Source: Candidatus Azambacteria bacterium RIFCSPLOWO2_01_FULL_44_84
Lineage (GTDB): Bacteria > Patescibacteriota > Minisyncoccia > UBA10092
Assembly (NCBI GenBank): GCA_001774075.1
Contig: MEYR01000004.1
Location: 1-39,476 of the forward strand
Direction of reading: 5' to 3'
Length of the DNA: 39,476 nt
The position numbers and the translations under genes are program-made. Under the pieces are notes generated by a model that was not told where the DNA came from, made no database searches, and was given only the letters and a program-made list of their open reading frames with translations. Below, one piece after another: positions 26,269 through 34,527 of this stretch. The stretch's first letter is position 1. Each line of letters opens with the position of its first letter.

Positions 26269-26865
26269 ATGGCGACAAAAAATCCAAAGGAAGAAAAAAC
26301 GCTAGTGCTGATAAAGCCTGACGGCGTCAAGCGGGGCTTGATCGGTGAGGTCGTTGCCCGCATTGAAAAGCGCGGCCTAAAAGTAATCGCCATTTCAATG
26401 GTTAAGCCGAGTCGCAAGCAGATTGACGAGCACTATCCGAAAGATTTGAAATGGGTGAAGCGTCTCGGTGAAAAGTCGCTTGCCACCTACGCTAAATACG
26501 GCTGGGACCCGAAGAAAGAAATGGGCACCGACGACCCGATGAAAATCGGCAAGTCCGTCCGCAACTGGATTCTGGACTTTATGACCTCCGGTCCCGTCGT
26601 AAAAATCGTCGTGGAAGGGATTCACGCGGTTGATATGGTAAGGAAATTGGTTGGCAATTCCATTCCGGCTTTAGCCGAAATGGGCACCATAAGAGGGGAC
26701 TTTTCGGTTGATTCGGCTGCGTTGGCTAACAAGGGTAAGCGCGCGGTCCATAATCTGATTCACGCGTCTGAAACGCCCGAGGAGGCAAGGCACGAATTGA
26801 AATATTGGTTTAAAGCCGGCGAGATTTTTGAATACAAACGCGCGGAAGAAGACATTATGTTCTGA
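26269..26865 (+). CDS. ndk: nucleoside diphosphate kinase (long form)
   Basis: 'EKTLVLIKPDGVKRGLIGEVVARIEKRGLKV'; active-site His in 'NLIHASETPEEA'. Confidence 0.88.
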   Translation: MATKNPKEEKTLVLIKPDGVKRGLIGEVVARIEKRGLKVIAISMVKPSRKQIDEHYPKDLKWVKRLGEKSLATYAKYGWDPKKEMGTDDPMKIGKSVRNWILDFMTSGPVVKIVVEGIHAVDMVRKLVGNSIPALAEMGTIRGDFSVDSAALANKGKRAVHNLIHASETPEEARHELKYWFKAGEIFEYKRAEEDIMF

Positions 26866-26970
26866 AAATCTCAAATCTCAATTTCCAATTTCTAATAAAA
26901 TCTCAAGCTTCAAATCTCAAATTTATGCTTTTGGTCATTGGGATTTGAGGTTTTATTTGACATTGGGATT

Positions 26971-26997
26971 TTGACATTGGGATTTTTGTCGTATAAT
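26971..26997 (+). promoter_or_regulatory. promoter-like element (perfect hexamers, short spacer)
   Basis: TTGACA (26971-26976), 15-nt spacer, TATAAT (26992-26997). Confidence 0.4.
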
Positions 26998-27003
26998 GTA
27001 CTT

Positions 27004-27192
27004 GGCTTTGGGAGCGGTTCTTTTTGAAGATTTTGGGCTAAAAATATATATTAGGGATTCCTATATCGCTCCGGCGCGTGCGCCGGAGTTGCGGACACCC
27101 ACTTGGATTTAATTCCAATAATCTTCCTAAAGAATTTCCTGAGGCTATTAAAATCCCCGCCGACATCTGCGAAGTTGTGGCGGGGATTTTTT
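27004..27192 (+). ncRNA. candidate small RNA of about 190 nt, unknown class
   Basis: Bounded by the promoter-like element and an intrinsic terminator. No ATG-initiated ORF. Internal palindrome 'ctccggcgc gt gcgccggag' at 27069-27088. Confidence 0.3.
27150..27192 (+). terminator. rho-independent terminator
   Basis: 'atccccgcc' (27153-27161) pairs with 'ggcggggat' (27179-27187), followed by T6. Confidence 0.65.
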
Positions 27193-27500
27193 AATTCTTG
27201 ACCAGGAAGTAGAAATTGGACAAATTCATTCCAGGAAGTGAAAATTCGACCCGTCCTTAAAAATTCTTTTTGTCCGTTTTTTCTAGATTGATACTGTAGT
27301 GTACGCTATACACAAAATATATCTTGAGTTTTAATAAAGAATTTTAAGGACAAAAATGAATTTGTCGAATTTCTACTTCCTGGCATTTTTGCCCTCAAAT
27401 TCTTTATTACATCAGATAAGCTTTTTACCATGTTTTAGAAATTATAATGGTTAAACATTGAATCGCCGGGCAAAAGAATTTGAAAGGGCGTGTCCAATTT
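27193..27500 (-). mobile_element. 308-bp composite repeat, copy B (inverted relative to copy A)
   Basis: The reverse complement aligns end to end with 15928-16235. 27193-27388 is near-identical; a stretch of about 70 bp (about 27400-27465) is divergent. Confidence 0.9.
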
Positions 27501-27578
27501 TCACTTCCTGGTTGACGAATTTTTTTTATCTGTTATTTTGAAGGCGTTCTTTAATCTTTACCAAAACGGAGCAGAATC

Positions 27579-28265
27579 GTGCCCTACGTACCGAGTAAGA
27601 AGACTGACGGTAAATCAACCGATCGCGAAGTAATCGATGCGGCGCTTGAGCCATTAGCTCAGAGCGTGGCCGAAGATATAACCAATAATTTCTCCTTGCG
27701 CCCGATTTACGAGCAGACTTTTATCCGCGTAGCATATGATCTTCGCGATATACTAAAAAGTCCCAGCGTTGTTGGTAATGGCCTGACATGGGATTTGGCT
27801 AAGGCGATTTATGAGACTGGCGCCAAGTACGGCTACGAGGGCGTGTACCTCGGCGAATTCAACTACGCTTTCACGAGATTCATCCAGCGCGTGCCGCAAA
27901 TCAAAGTTAAGAGGGGCGATTGGAAAGACGAACTGCGCTATTGGCTTTATGCCGAGACAGTTACGGCTTTGTGCCATGCTGAAAAAGAGACGGAACATCT
28001 TGAAATCGGCGTGGATGGTGTTTTCAGGGACATCAAGGATGAATACAAGCGGCGCATGAATACTGCTTATGAAGCCGCGCAGATTGTCAAAAGTGGTGAT
28101 TGTTACGATGGGCCATACTACACGCGATTGGTCGAAGTAGTGGATGAAGAGGGTAGGCTGATCGGCCATATGGAAGTAATGTTGAAACGTAGTCAAGACA
28201 CACTGCATAAAGATGTACTCGATCGCCAGCTTGTTCTCAAAAGCAAGAATCCATATACCCCATAA
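27579..28265 (+). CDS. hypothetical protein (228 aa), no family recognised
   Basis: GTG start preceded by 'acggagcagaatc'. Soluble; contains 'YGYEGVYLGEFNYAFTRF'. Ends in a palindromic terminator. Confidence 0.65.
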   Translation: MPYVPSKKTDGKSTDREVIDAALEPLAQSVAEDITNNFSLRPIYEQTFIRVAYDLRDILKSPSVVGNGLTWDLAKAIYETGAKYGYEGVYLGEFNYAFTRFIQRVPQIKVKRGDWKDELRYWLYAETVTALCHAEKETEHLEIGVDGVFRDIKDEYKRRMNTAYEAAQIVKSGDCYDGPYYTRLVEVVDEEGRLIGHMEVMLKRSQDTLHKDVLDRQLVLKSKNPYTP

Positions 28266-28277
28266 TTTATGGGGTAT
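28255..28277. terminator. bidirectional hairpin between convergent genes
   Basis: Perfect palindrome 'ataccccataa t ttatggggtat' followed by 'ttt'. Confidence 0.5.
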
Positions 28278-28278
28278 T

Positions 28279-28875
28279 TTAGTATCCCAACCTTTTTATT
28301 TCTCGTATCAATTCTTTAAGGTTTTTTCTGCGGGCGTTAACTTTTTCATGCTCTTCGCTGGTTAAAAAAGCATAGGGTTTATCGAACTGCGCTACAACCA
28401 TAACCGGGCGGTAGGGGAAACCCGGTCTGACCTCGCCCTGTAACCGCTCGGAAATATAGCCCTCGGTCCAGTTTTCTTTTTTCAATAAATTTCGGCCGTC
28501 CCAAAAAACCAAAAAACCGCCGATGCGGGCTTTTCTTTGATGGAAGGGGACACCGGCCATTTTTTCAATAATTGCCTCGGCCAGTTCCTGATCGGTTGCT
28601 TGCCGGCCAAGCCAGCGGTGGCTGGAAACTCCCGGCGCTCCGCCAAGATAATCAACAATCAGTCCGCCGTCGTCCGCAACGCAGGGAACTCCGGTTTGGG
28701 CGAAATATCCCTTGGCTTTTAGGACCGCGTTTTCTTCAAAAGTTTTTCCGGTTTCTTCAACCGATTTTATATTTTCAAAATCTTTCAAGCTTAAAACCTC
28801 AAAATTGCCTCCGAGAATTGAGACGGCTTCCTGAAGCTTCGAGGGGTTTGTGGTTGCGATTAAAAGTTTACTCAT
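28279..28875 (-). CDS. rdgB: non-canonical purine NTP pyrophosphatase (RdgB/HAM1)
   Basis: Start at 'MSKLLIATTNPSKLQEA'. 'DDGGLIVDYLGGAPGVSS'. The longer track ORF runs into the tRNA. Confidence 0.9.
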   Translation of the reverse strand: MSKLLIATTNPSKLQEAVSILGGNFEVLSLKDFENIKSVEETGKTFEENAVLKAKGYFAQTGVPCVADDGGLIVDYLGGAPGVSSHRWLGRQATDQELAEAIIEKMAGVPFHQRKARIGGFLVFWDGRNLLKKENWTEGYISERLQGEVRPGFPYRPVMVVAQFDKPYAFLTSEEHEKVNARRKNLKELIREIKRLGY

Positions 28876-28948
28876 TTTATTATGTTTACACTGAGCAAAC
28901 GAAGTGAGTCGAAATGCTTGTACTGAGCGAGTGAAACGAGTCGAAGTG

Positions 28949-29019
28949 TCGGGATGCAGGGAATCGAACCCTGGCCGCAAGACCCCCAGCCTTGCATACT
29001 ACCATTATACGACATCCCG
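28949..29019 (-). tRNA. tRNA-Pro (anticodon GGG), CCA not encoded
   Basis: Manual fold: acceptor CGGGATG/CATCCCG, D-arm GTAT-AATGGTA-GTAT, anticodon arm CAAGG-CTGGGGG-TCTTG (U33, G37), T-arm CAGGG-TTCGATT-CCCTG. Confidence 0.85.
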
Positions 29020-29062
29020 TTTCTGAGTGGTTCTAAAAAGGAGAACTTCCGTTCTCCTTTCA

Positions 29063-29284
29063 TTATACTCGAGTTTTGTGCATTGTTTTAATGCAGGTGA
29101 CGCAGGCCTTAACTCTTTTGCCGGAAGCCCCGCCGACGCCAAGGCTTTGGCGGGCAGGCAAATGAACCCATTGGAGATTGGGGTATTTTCTGACTTTCGG
29201 GGCGGGGTTATATTTGCCACGAAGCTTGTTTCTTGGTGTAATTAAAGTTGAAGTTTTGGCGCAAATAGCGCAGACTCGGGACAT
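29063..29284 (-). CDS. rpmB: 50S ribosomal protein L28
   Basis: 'MSRVCAICAK', 'YPNLQ', C-terminal 'CVTCIK'. Confidence 0.88.
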   Translation of the reverse strand: MSRVCAICAKTSTLITPRNKLRGKYNPAPKVRKYPNLQWVHLPARQSLGVGGASGKRVKACVTCIKTMHKTRV

Positions 29285-29314
29285 AGTGTTAAAAAATTTC
29301 TAATTTCTAATTTT

Positions 29315-29346
29315 TCTCGCTTCGCGAGATCTGGCGCAGTCAGGCA
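29315..29346 (+). repeat. 32-nt core repeat, intergenic copy
   Basis: 'tctcgcttcgcgagatctggcgcagtcaggca' flanked by 'aatttctaat' word repeats. Confidence 0.8.
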
Positions 29347-29413
29347 ATTTCTAATCAATTTCCAATTTATAATTTCTAATATTATTACATAAAGTATAAC
29401 TTTTTACAACCCC

Positions 29414-30058
29414 ATGGAGATTTTACTATTTGTTTTCGTAATATTGGTGCTTTTATTTTCGGCAGTCATCCACGAGGTGTCGCACGGTCTCACGGCGAAG
29501 TTTTTAGGGGACGACACGGCCGAAAAAGCCGGTCGGCTGACGCTCAATCCGATTCCTCACCTCGATCTTTTTGGTTCGGTCATCTTACCGCTACTTTTGG
29601 CGATTCCGGCGTTTTTTGGCGGACCAGCTCTTGTTATCGGTTGGGCTAAGCCGGTGCCTTACAACCCCGCCAATCTCAAAAACAAAAAATGGGGACCGTC
29701 GTTTGTCGCCTTGGCCGGGCCGATTTCAAACATAATTCTTGCTTCATTTTTTGGTTTGATGATCCGGTTTATGCTTATTCCCTCCAGTCTTCTTAACACA
29801 AGTTTTCTTTCGTTTATCGCGATAATCGTCTGGATAAATTTGCTTTTGGCGGTGTTTAATATGGTGCCTATTCCGCCGCTTGACGGCTCAAAACTTCTGA
29901 TGGCGGTTCTGCCGCGGCGCTGGGATTGGCTCGGCCTGTGGCTTGAACGCTATGGCTTCATAATCATCTTGCTTTTTGTGTTTTTTGGCTTCAGCCTGAT
30001 CATACCTATTATAAAAGGCCTGTTCTGGCTGATTACCGGCCAGCAGTTTGGGTTTTAG
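29414..30058 (+). CDS. M50-family (site-2 protease-like) membrane metalloprotease
   Basis: 'HEVSHG' and 'NMVPIPPLDGSKL'; polytopic. Confidence 0.85.
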   Translation: MEILLFVFVILVLLFSAVIHEVSHGLTAKFLGDDTAEKAGRLTLNPIPHLDLFGSVILPLLLAIPAFFGGPALVIGWAKPVPYNPANLKNKKWGPSFVALAGPISNIILASFFGLMIRFMLIPSSLLNTSFLSFIAIIVWINLLLAVFNMVPIPPLDGSKLLMAVLPRRWDWLGLWLERYGFIIILLFVFFGFSLIIPIIKGLFWLITGQQFGF

Positions 30059-30078
30059 GCGGGGCGGGAGCTTTTCTA

Positions 30079-30107
30079 TTGACTTTGTTTCAGACTATTG
30101 GTAAATA
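30079..30107 (+). promoter_or_regulatory. sigma70-like promoter for the two-gene cassette
   Basis: TTGACT, 17-nt spacer, TAAATA. Confidence 0.4.
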
Positions 30108-30164
30108 TCAGGAAAATAAAGATATCCACAATTTAACTTAACCAAGTGCGTTTTTGGGTATAAA

Positions 30165-30557
30165 ATGAGTATGAGAGTAAATGCCGATGGTTCTATTGAT
30201 TTCCTGAGAGGGAAACAAACTTATAGGTTCGAAAAGCAGAATTATGACAGACATGCCAAAAAACGTCCGAAGATTTTGCATCAAAAATTTTTGAATGAAA
30301 TAGAAACCACAATTACTGATCCAGATTGTATAACGGTGGGATCGCAATTGAACAAAGAGAATTTTTATAGGGTAGTCTATTTCGATGATATAAGGGGAAC
30401 TAGGTTTTTAACATTTTGGAAAATACCAGTTTTTTATCACAATAAAAATTTTGCTGTCATAGCAACCGCAATCGAGAAAAATGCCCCCAATTTTTATGCT
30501 ATAAATCCTTTAGAAAATAGAAAAGTGCCATGGAGAAAAACAAATTCACAAATTTAA
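30165..30557 (+). CDS. hypothetical protein, possible RelE/Barnase-EndoU-fold toxin (DUF4258/PBECR-like)
   Basis: 130 aa in a low-GC gene. 'DRHAKKRPKILHQKFLNEIETTITDPDCI' resembles the H..K/R..-helix-'PD.I' signature of those nuclease families. Confidence 0.4.
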   Translation: MSMRVNADGSIDFLRGKQTYRFEKQNYDRHAKKRPKILHQKFLNEIETTITDPDCITVGSQLNKENFYRVVYFDDIRGTRFLTFWKIPVFYHNKNFAVIATAIEKNAPNFYAINPLENRKVPWRKTNSQI

Positions 30558-30970
30558 TAAATAGCCTTTCCGCAATAGCTGAAAAAGATCTTTGGATGCC
30601 GAGATACGATAAAGAATTAGATTATTTTTTTTGGACAAGAGAATCAGTATCTAAAAGAGCTAAGCTAATACAGGTTTCTCATGAAGCCTCCCTTTATGTT
30701 AGCCCAAAAGGGAAAATTGAAGGTGTTCTTGTTGAATATTTACAGAGCAACTTTGTCGAGCACAACCCTACATATAAGGATTTTGTTAAAAGTTTTACTA
30801 AGAGAATAGACGATTCCGTCTATACCATTAAAGATACTGACAATGAGAATAAGTATTTATTTGCATTTGGTGAGGCATTACGAGCTGATATATATCAGGA
30901 TGCCAAAGAAATCGGAAAGGGTAAGTTAGATTTAGATGATTTAGCTAAATACGCCTTTGCAAAGAGCTAG
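30530..30970 (+). CDS. hypothetical protein with a DUF2283-like core (possible antitoxin)
   Basis: 146 aa; overlaps the upstream ORF by 28 nt. 'RYDKELDYFFWT' ... 'VSPKGKIEGVLVEY' matches the 'YD.e.D.ly...G.ivGiEi' pattern. Confidence 0.45.
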   Translation: MEKNKFTNLINSLSAIAEKDLWMPRYDKELDYFFWTRESVSKRAKLIQVSHEASLYVSPKGKIEGVLVEYLQSNFVEHNPTYKDFVKSFTKRIDDSVYTIKDTDNENKYLFAFGEALRADIYQDAKEIGKGKLDLDDLAKYAFAKS

Positions 30971-30993
30971 GGCAGGTAAGTGAAACCTCGGTG

Positions 30994-31032
30994 AATAATC
31001 ATGCGACCATATCTTGGTCGCATGATTTATTA
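30994..31032 (+). terminator. rho-independent terminator
   Basis: 13-bp stem 'aatcatgcgacca'/'tggtcgcatgatt' followed by 'tatt'. Confidence 0.7.
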
Positions 31033-31064
31033 GATCTCTGCACCACAACTTTGTCTTTTTCTAT

Positions 31065-31200
31065 GCCTCCACTTTTCTATTTTGAAGAACATCGCGGAGG
31101 CGCGCTGGCTTGGTTTCAGCAGAACAGCGCGCCGAGCGCTGAGTGCTGCCGCTTATCGCTGGAATAAGCGGACAGCCGGTTCGGAAAAATAGAAAGGCGG
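31065..31200. repeat. palindromic GC-hairpin element upstream of the rpsL promoter
   Basis: Outer arms 'ccacttttctattttgaa'/'ttcggaaaaatagaaagg'. Inner hairpins 'ggcgcgctg'(31099)/'cagcgcgcc'(31125) and 'ccgcttat'/'ataagcgg'. Confidence 0.65.
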
Positions 31201-31217
31201 ATCGCGTTATTCTTTTA

Positions 31218-31246
31218 TTGACAAACCCGCCGATTTCGGTTAAATT
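31218..31246 (+). promoter_or_regulatory. sigma70-like promoter of the rpsL-rpsG-fusA operon
   Basis: TTGACA, 17-nt spacer, TAAATT. Confidence 0.5.
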
Positions 31247-31322
31247 GTTGAGGTTATTTAAGTTCGGTCATTTTGACTTTTAATTTTTGAATTTTGAACT
31301 TGACCGAGTAAAGCGAGGGAAC

Positions 31323-31733
31323 ATGCCGACAATTCATCAATTAATGAAACGTCCGCGAAAGCGGAATGTTAAAAAAACCAAGTCGCCGGCCATGCGGCAT
31401 TATTTTAATGTCCTCCAGAACCGGCCGGTTTTTTCGTCTTCACCCTTCAAGCGCGGCGTTTGCGTCAAAGTTTTTACCACCACCCCCAAGAAACCTAACT
31501 CGGCTTTGCGCAAAGTCGCCCGCGTGCGTCTGACCAACGGCATGGAAGTCACCGCTTACATTCCGGGAGAAGGACACAATCTTCAGGAACATTCCGTAGT
31601 CGTAATCCGCGGCGGCCGCGTTAAGGACTTGCCGGGCGTGCGCTATCACATCGTCCGCGGCGTTTTGGATTTTGCCGGCGTCGAAGGCCGCAAGCAACAA
31701 AGGTCTAAGTATGGAGCTAAAAAACCCAAGTAA
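31323..31733 (+). CDS. rpsL: 30S ribosomal protein S12
   Basis: ATG after 'gagggaac'. 'PTIHQL', '[21 protein letters not shown]', '[17 protein letters not shown]'. Confidence 0.97.
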   Translation: MPTIHQLMKRPRKRNVKKTKSPAMRHYFNVLQNRPVFSSSPFKRGVCVKVFTTTPKKPNSALRKVARVRLTNGMEVTAYIPGEGHNLQEHSVVVIRGGRVKDLPGVRYHIVRGVLDFAGVEGRKQQRSKYGAKKPK

Positions 31734-31745
31734 TCTAGCATAAAT

Positions 31746-32213
31746 ATGCGTAGAAAACGAGAAGTAAAACGAAATATTCTGCCCGATACCCGCTACAACA
31801 ACGTGCAAGTAGCGAAGTTTATTAATTACCTTATGCGCCAGGGCAGAAAAACCGCGGCCCAGAAAATTCTCTACGGCGCTTTTGATATTATTGAAAAAGA
31901 AAAGAAAGCCAACCCTCTGGAAATATTCGACCGGGCTTTGAGGAATGTTTCGCCGGTGATCGAGGTTAAGTCCAAGCGGGTCGGCGGCGCCAACTATCAG
32001 GTGCCGCAGGAAGTAAGAGGCGAGCGGAAAACCGCTCTGACTTTCCGCTGGATTATCGGCGCGGCCAACGCCAAGAAAGGCAAACCGATGCGCGCCAAAC
32101 TTGCCGAGGAGCTTCTGCTTGCGTCAAACAACGAAGGCAACGCTATTAAGAAAAAATTGGACATGCATAGGATGGCCGAGGCCAATAGAGCATTTGCTCA
32201 CTTCAGTTGGTAA
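31746..32213 (+). CDS. rpsG: 30S ribosomal protein S7
   Basis: 155 aa; 'PDTRYNN', '[16 protein letters not shown]', '[10 protein letters not shown]'. Confidence 0.97.
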   Translation: MRRKREVKRNILPDTRYNNVQVAKFINYLMRQGRKTAAQKILYGAFDIIEKEKKANPLEIFDRALRNVSPVIEVKSKRVGGANYQVPQEVRGERKTALTFRWIIGAANAKKGKPMRAKLAEELLLASNNEGNAIKKKLDMHRMAEANRAFAHFSW

Positions 32214-32337
32214 TTTGCGAATTACCAAAATTTTCAATTTTCAATTTTAAATTTTCAATCAATTTTTAATGATTCAATTTTAAAATTTTCTAATTAGAAA
32301 TTGATTAGAAATTAGAAATTGGAAATTAGAAATTATC

Positions 32338-34440
32338 ATGAACGAGTATCCCATCGAAAAAATTCGTAACATAGGAATTATCGCTCACATAGATGCTGGC
32401 AAAACTACTGTAAGTGAGCGTATTTTATTTTACACTGGCATCTCTCACAAAATTGGAGAAGTGCATGAGGGCGCGGCCATTATGGACTGGATGGAGCAGG
32501 AACGGGAGCGCGGCATCACCATTACGGCCGCGGCGACCACTACTTTCTGGAAGCCGAGCTACTTGCCGGCTGAACAAAGAAAGGAAAATGAGTACCGCAT
32601 TAATATTATCGACACTCCCGGCCATATTGATTTTACCGTTGAAGTTCAGCGCTCGCTCCGCGTTCTTGATGGTGCGGTAGTGGTTTTTGACGGCGTTGCC
32701 GGCGTGGAACCGCAGTCCGAAACCGTCTGGCGCCAGGCCGACAAATACGGCGTGCCCCGCATGTGTTTTATAAACAAGCTCGACCGCATGGGCGCTTCTT
32801 TTGACAAGAGCCTAACCTCGATTCGCGAGCGCTTGACTTTAAACGCTGTCCCGACCGTCACGCCTATAGGCATGGCCGAAACATATGAGGGCGTTATCGA
32901 TTTGATCGAGAACAAGGCCGTCAGGTTTCTTGGGGAAAACGGCGAAAAAGTGGAATTTTATGATATCCCTGCTGAATTGAAAGAAAAAGCCGAGGCCGAT
33001 AGAAAATATATGATAGAGAGAGTCGTTGAGACAAATGACAGGCTGATGGAAAAATATCTTGAGGGCCAGGAGATTTCTAAAGAAGATCTGCGAAAAGCTT
33101 TGCGCGAGGCAACCATCGCCAACAAACTCGTACCGATCATCTGCGGCTCGGCTCTTAAAAACAAAGGCGTCCAGCTGATGCTTGACGGCGTTGTCAATTA
33201 TCTGCCGAATCCGGACGAGGTGCCGCCGACAAAAGGCACGGATTTTAAAGGTCGGGAAATCTTCCGTCATCCCAAAAATGAAGAGCCTTTCGCGGCTCTG
33301 GCTTTTAAAATTGCCACCGACCCGTTTGTCGGCTCTCTAACTTATTTCCGCGTTTACTCCGGCCAGATCGCCAAAGGTTCTTATGTCTTAAACTCGACAA
33401 AGGATTCAAAAGAGCGCGTTGGCCGAATTTTACGAATGCATGCCAACGAGCGAGAGGAAATGGAAGAAATCAAAGCGGGGGAGATCGGCGCCGCAGTCGG
33501 TCTTAAAAATACCACGACCGGCGACACGCTTTGCTCCGAGGACGATCCGATTATTCTTGAAAAAATTATCTTCCCGGATCCGGTTATCTCGCAGAGAATC
33601 GAACCCAAGACCAAAGCCGACCAGGAAAAAATGGGCTTTGCTTTGAAGCGTTTGTCTGACGAAGATCCGACCTTCAGAATCAGGACCGATCAGGAAACCG
33701 GCGAAACGATTATCGCCGGCATGGGCGAACTCCACCTTGAAATCATCGTTGACCGCATGAAGCGGGAATTTAAAGTTGAGGCCAATGTCGGCCGGCCGCA
33801 GGTCGCTTATAAGGAAACCATTAAAAAGACCGCCGAAGCGGAAGGCAAATACATCCGCCAGTCGGGCGGTCGCGGACAATATGGTCATGTCTGGTTGCGG
33901 GTTGAGCCGAATGAACGCGGCAAGGGTTTTGAATTCGTCAACGAAATCAAAGGCGGCCTCATTCCCCAAGAGTTCATCGCCCCGGTGCAAAAGGGCGTTA
34001 TTGAAGCGATGGAAAAGGGCATTAAAGCCGGCTTCCCGGTTGTTGACATTAAAGTGGCGCTTTATGACGGCTCTTACCACGAGGTTGACTCTTCGGAAGC
34101 GGCTTTCAAGATTGCCGGTTCGATGGCCTTGCAAGAAGCGGCCCGCCGCGCTAATTTAGTGTTGCTTGAGCCGATAATGAAAGTTGAGGTAATTACTCCC
34201 GACCAGTTTCTGGGAGACGCGACTGGCGATCTGAACTCCAAACGGGGTAAAATTGAAGCCATGACCGATCGCGCCCAGCTTAAAGTCATTGACGCCAAAG
34301 TGCCTTTGTCTGAAATGTTCGGATACGCCACAAAACTGCGCTCAATGACCCAGGGCCGCGCGAGTTATACAATGGAATTTGATCATTATGAAGAAGTGCC
34401 GGCCAACGTTGTCGAGCTTATTGTCGCCGGAAAGAAATAA
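32338..34440 (+). CDS. fusA: elongation factor G
   Basis: 'AHIDAGKTT', 'DTPGHIDF', 'NKLDR'; 700 aa. Confidence 0.98.
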   Translation: MNEYPIEKIRNIGIIAHIDAGKTTVSERILFYTGISHKIGEVHEGAAIMDWMEQERERGITITAAATTTFWKPSYLPAEQRKENEYRINIIDTPGHIDFTVEVQRSLRVLDGAVVVFDGVAGVEPQSETVWRQADKYGVPRMCFINKLDRMGASFDKSLTSIRERLTLNAVPTVTPIGMAETYEGVIDLIENKAVRFLGENGEKVEFYDIPAELKEKAEADRKYMIERVVETNDRLMEKYLEGQEISKEDLRKALREATIANKLVPIICGSALKNKGVQLMLDGVVNYLPNPDEVPPTKGTDFKGREIFRHPKNEEPFAALAFKIATDPFVGSLTYFRVYSGQIAKGSYVLNSTKDSKERVGRILRMHANEREEMEEIKAGEIGAAVGLKNTTTGDTLCSEDDPIILEKIIFPDPVISQRIEPKTKADQEKMGFALKRLSDEDPTFRIRTDQETGETIIAGMGELHLEIIVDRMKREFKVEANVGRPQVAYKETIKKTAEAEGKYIRQSGGRGQYGHVWLRVEPNERGKGFEFVNEIKGGLIPQEFIAPVQKGVIEAMEKGIKAGFPVVDIKVALYDGSYHEVDSSEAAFKIAGSMALQEAARRANLVLLEPIMKVEVITPDQFLGDATGDLNSKRGKIEAMTDRAQLKVIDAKVPLSEMFGYATKLRSMTQGRASYTMEFDHYEEVPANVVELIVAGKK

Positions 34441-34445
34441 TAGCC

Positions 34446-34510
34446 CCTACGAATTACGAATTTTACCGAATTACGAATTCGTAATTCGAACCCCATTCGT
34501 AATTGGTAGG
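34446..34510. repeat. CCTAC-(ATTACGAAT)n hairpin element, copy 3
   Basis: 'cctacgaattacgaattttaccgaattacgaattcgtaattcgaaccccattcgtaattggtagg'. Confidence 0.85.
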
Positions 34511-34527
34511 AAAATTTTAAAAAATTT

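Noticed and set aside
25065-28265. The HAD / deoxyribosyltransferase-like / ndk / orphan block as a nucleotide-modification or defence island
   Set aside because: The genes are divergently or convergently arranged with separate terminators. No nuclease, methylase, NTPase or other sensor-effector hallmark is present. The only support is the nearby repeat and tRNA.
28876-28980. The N-terminal extension of the rdgB ORF in the track (start at 28980)
   Set aside because: The extension overlaps the 3-prime part of tRNA-Pro and a tandem repeat. The conserved RdgB N-terminus 'MSKLLIATTNPSK' begins at 28875.
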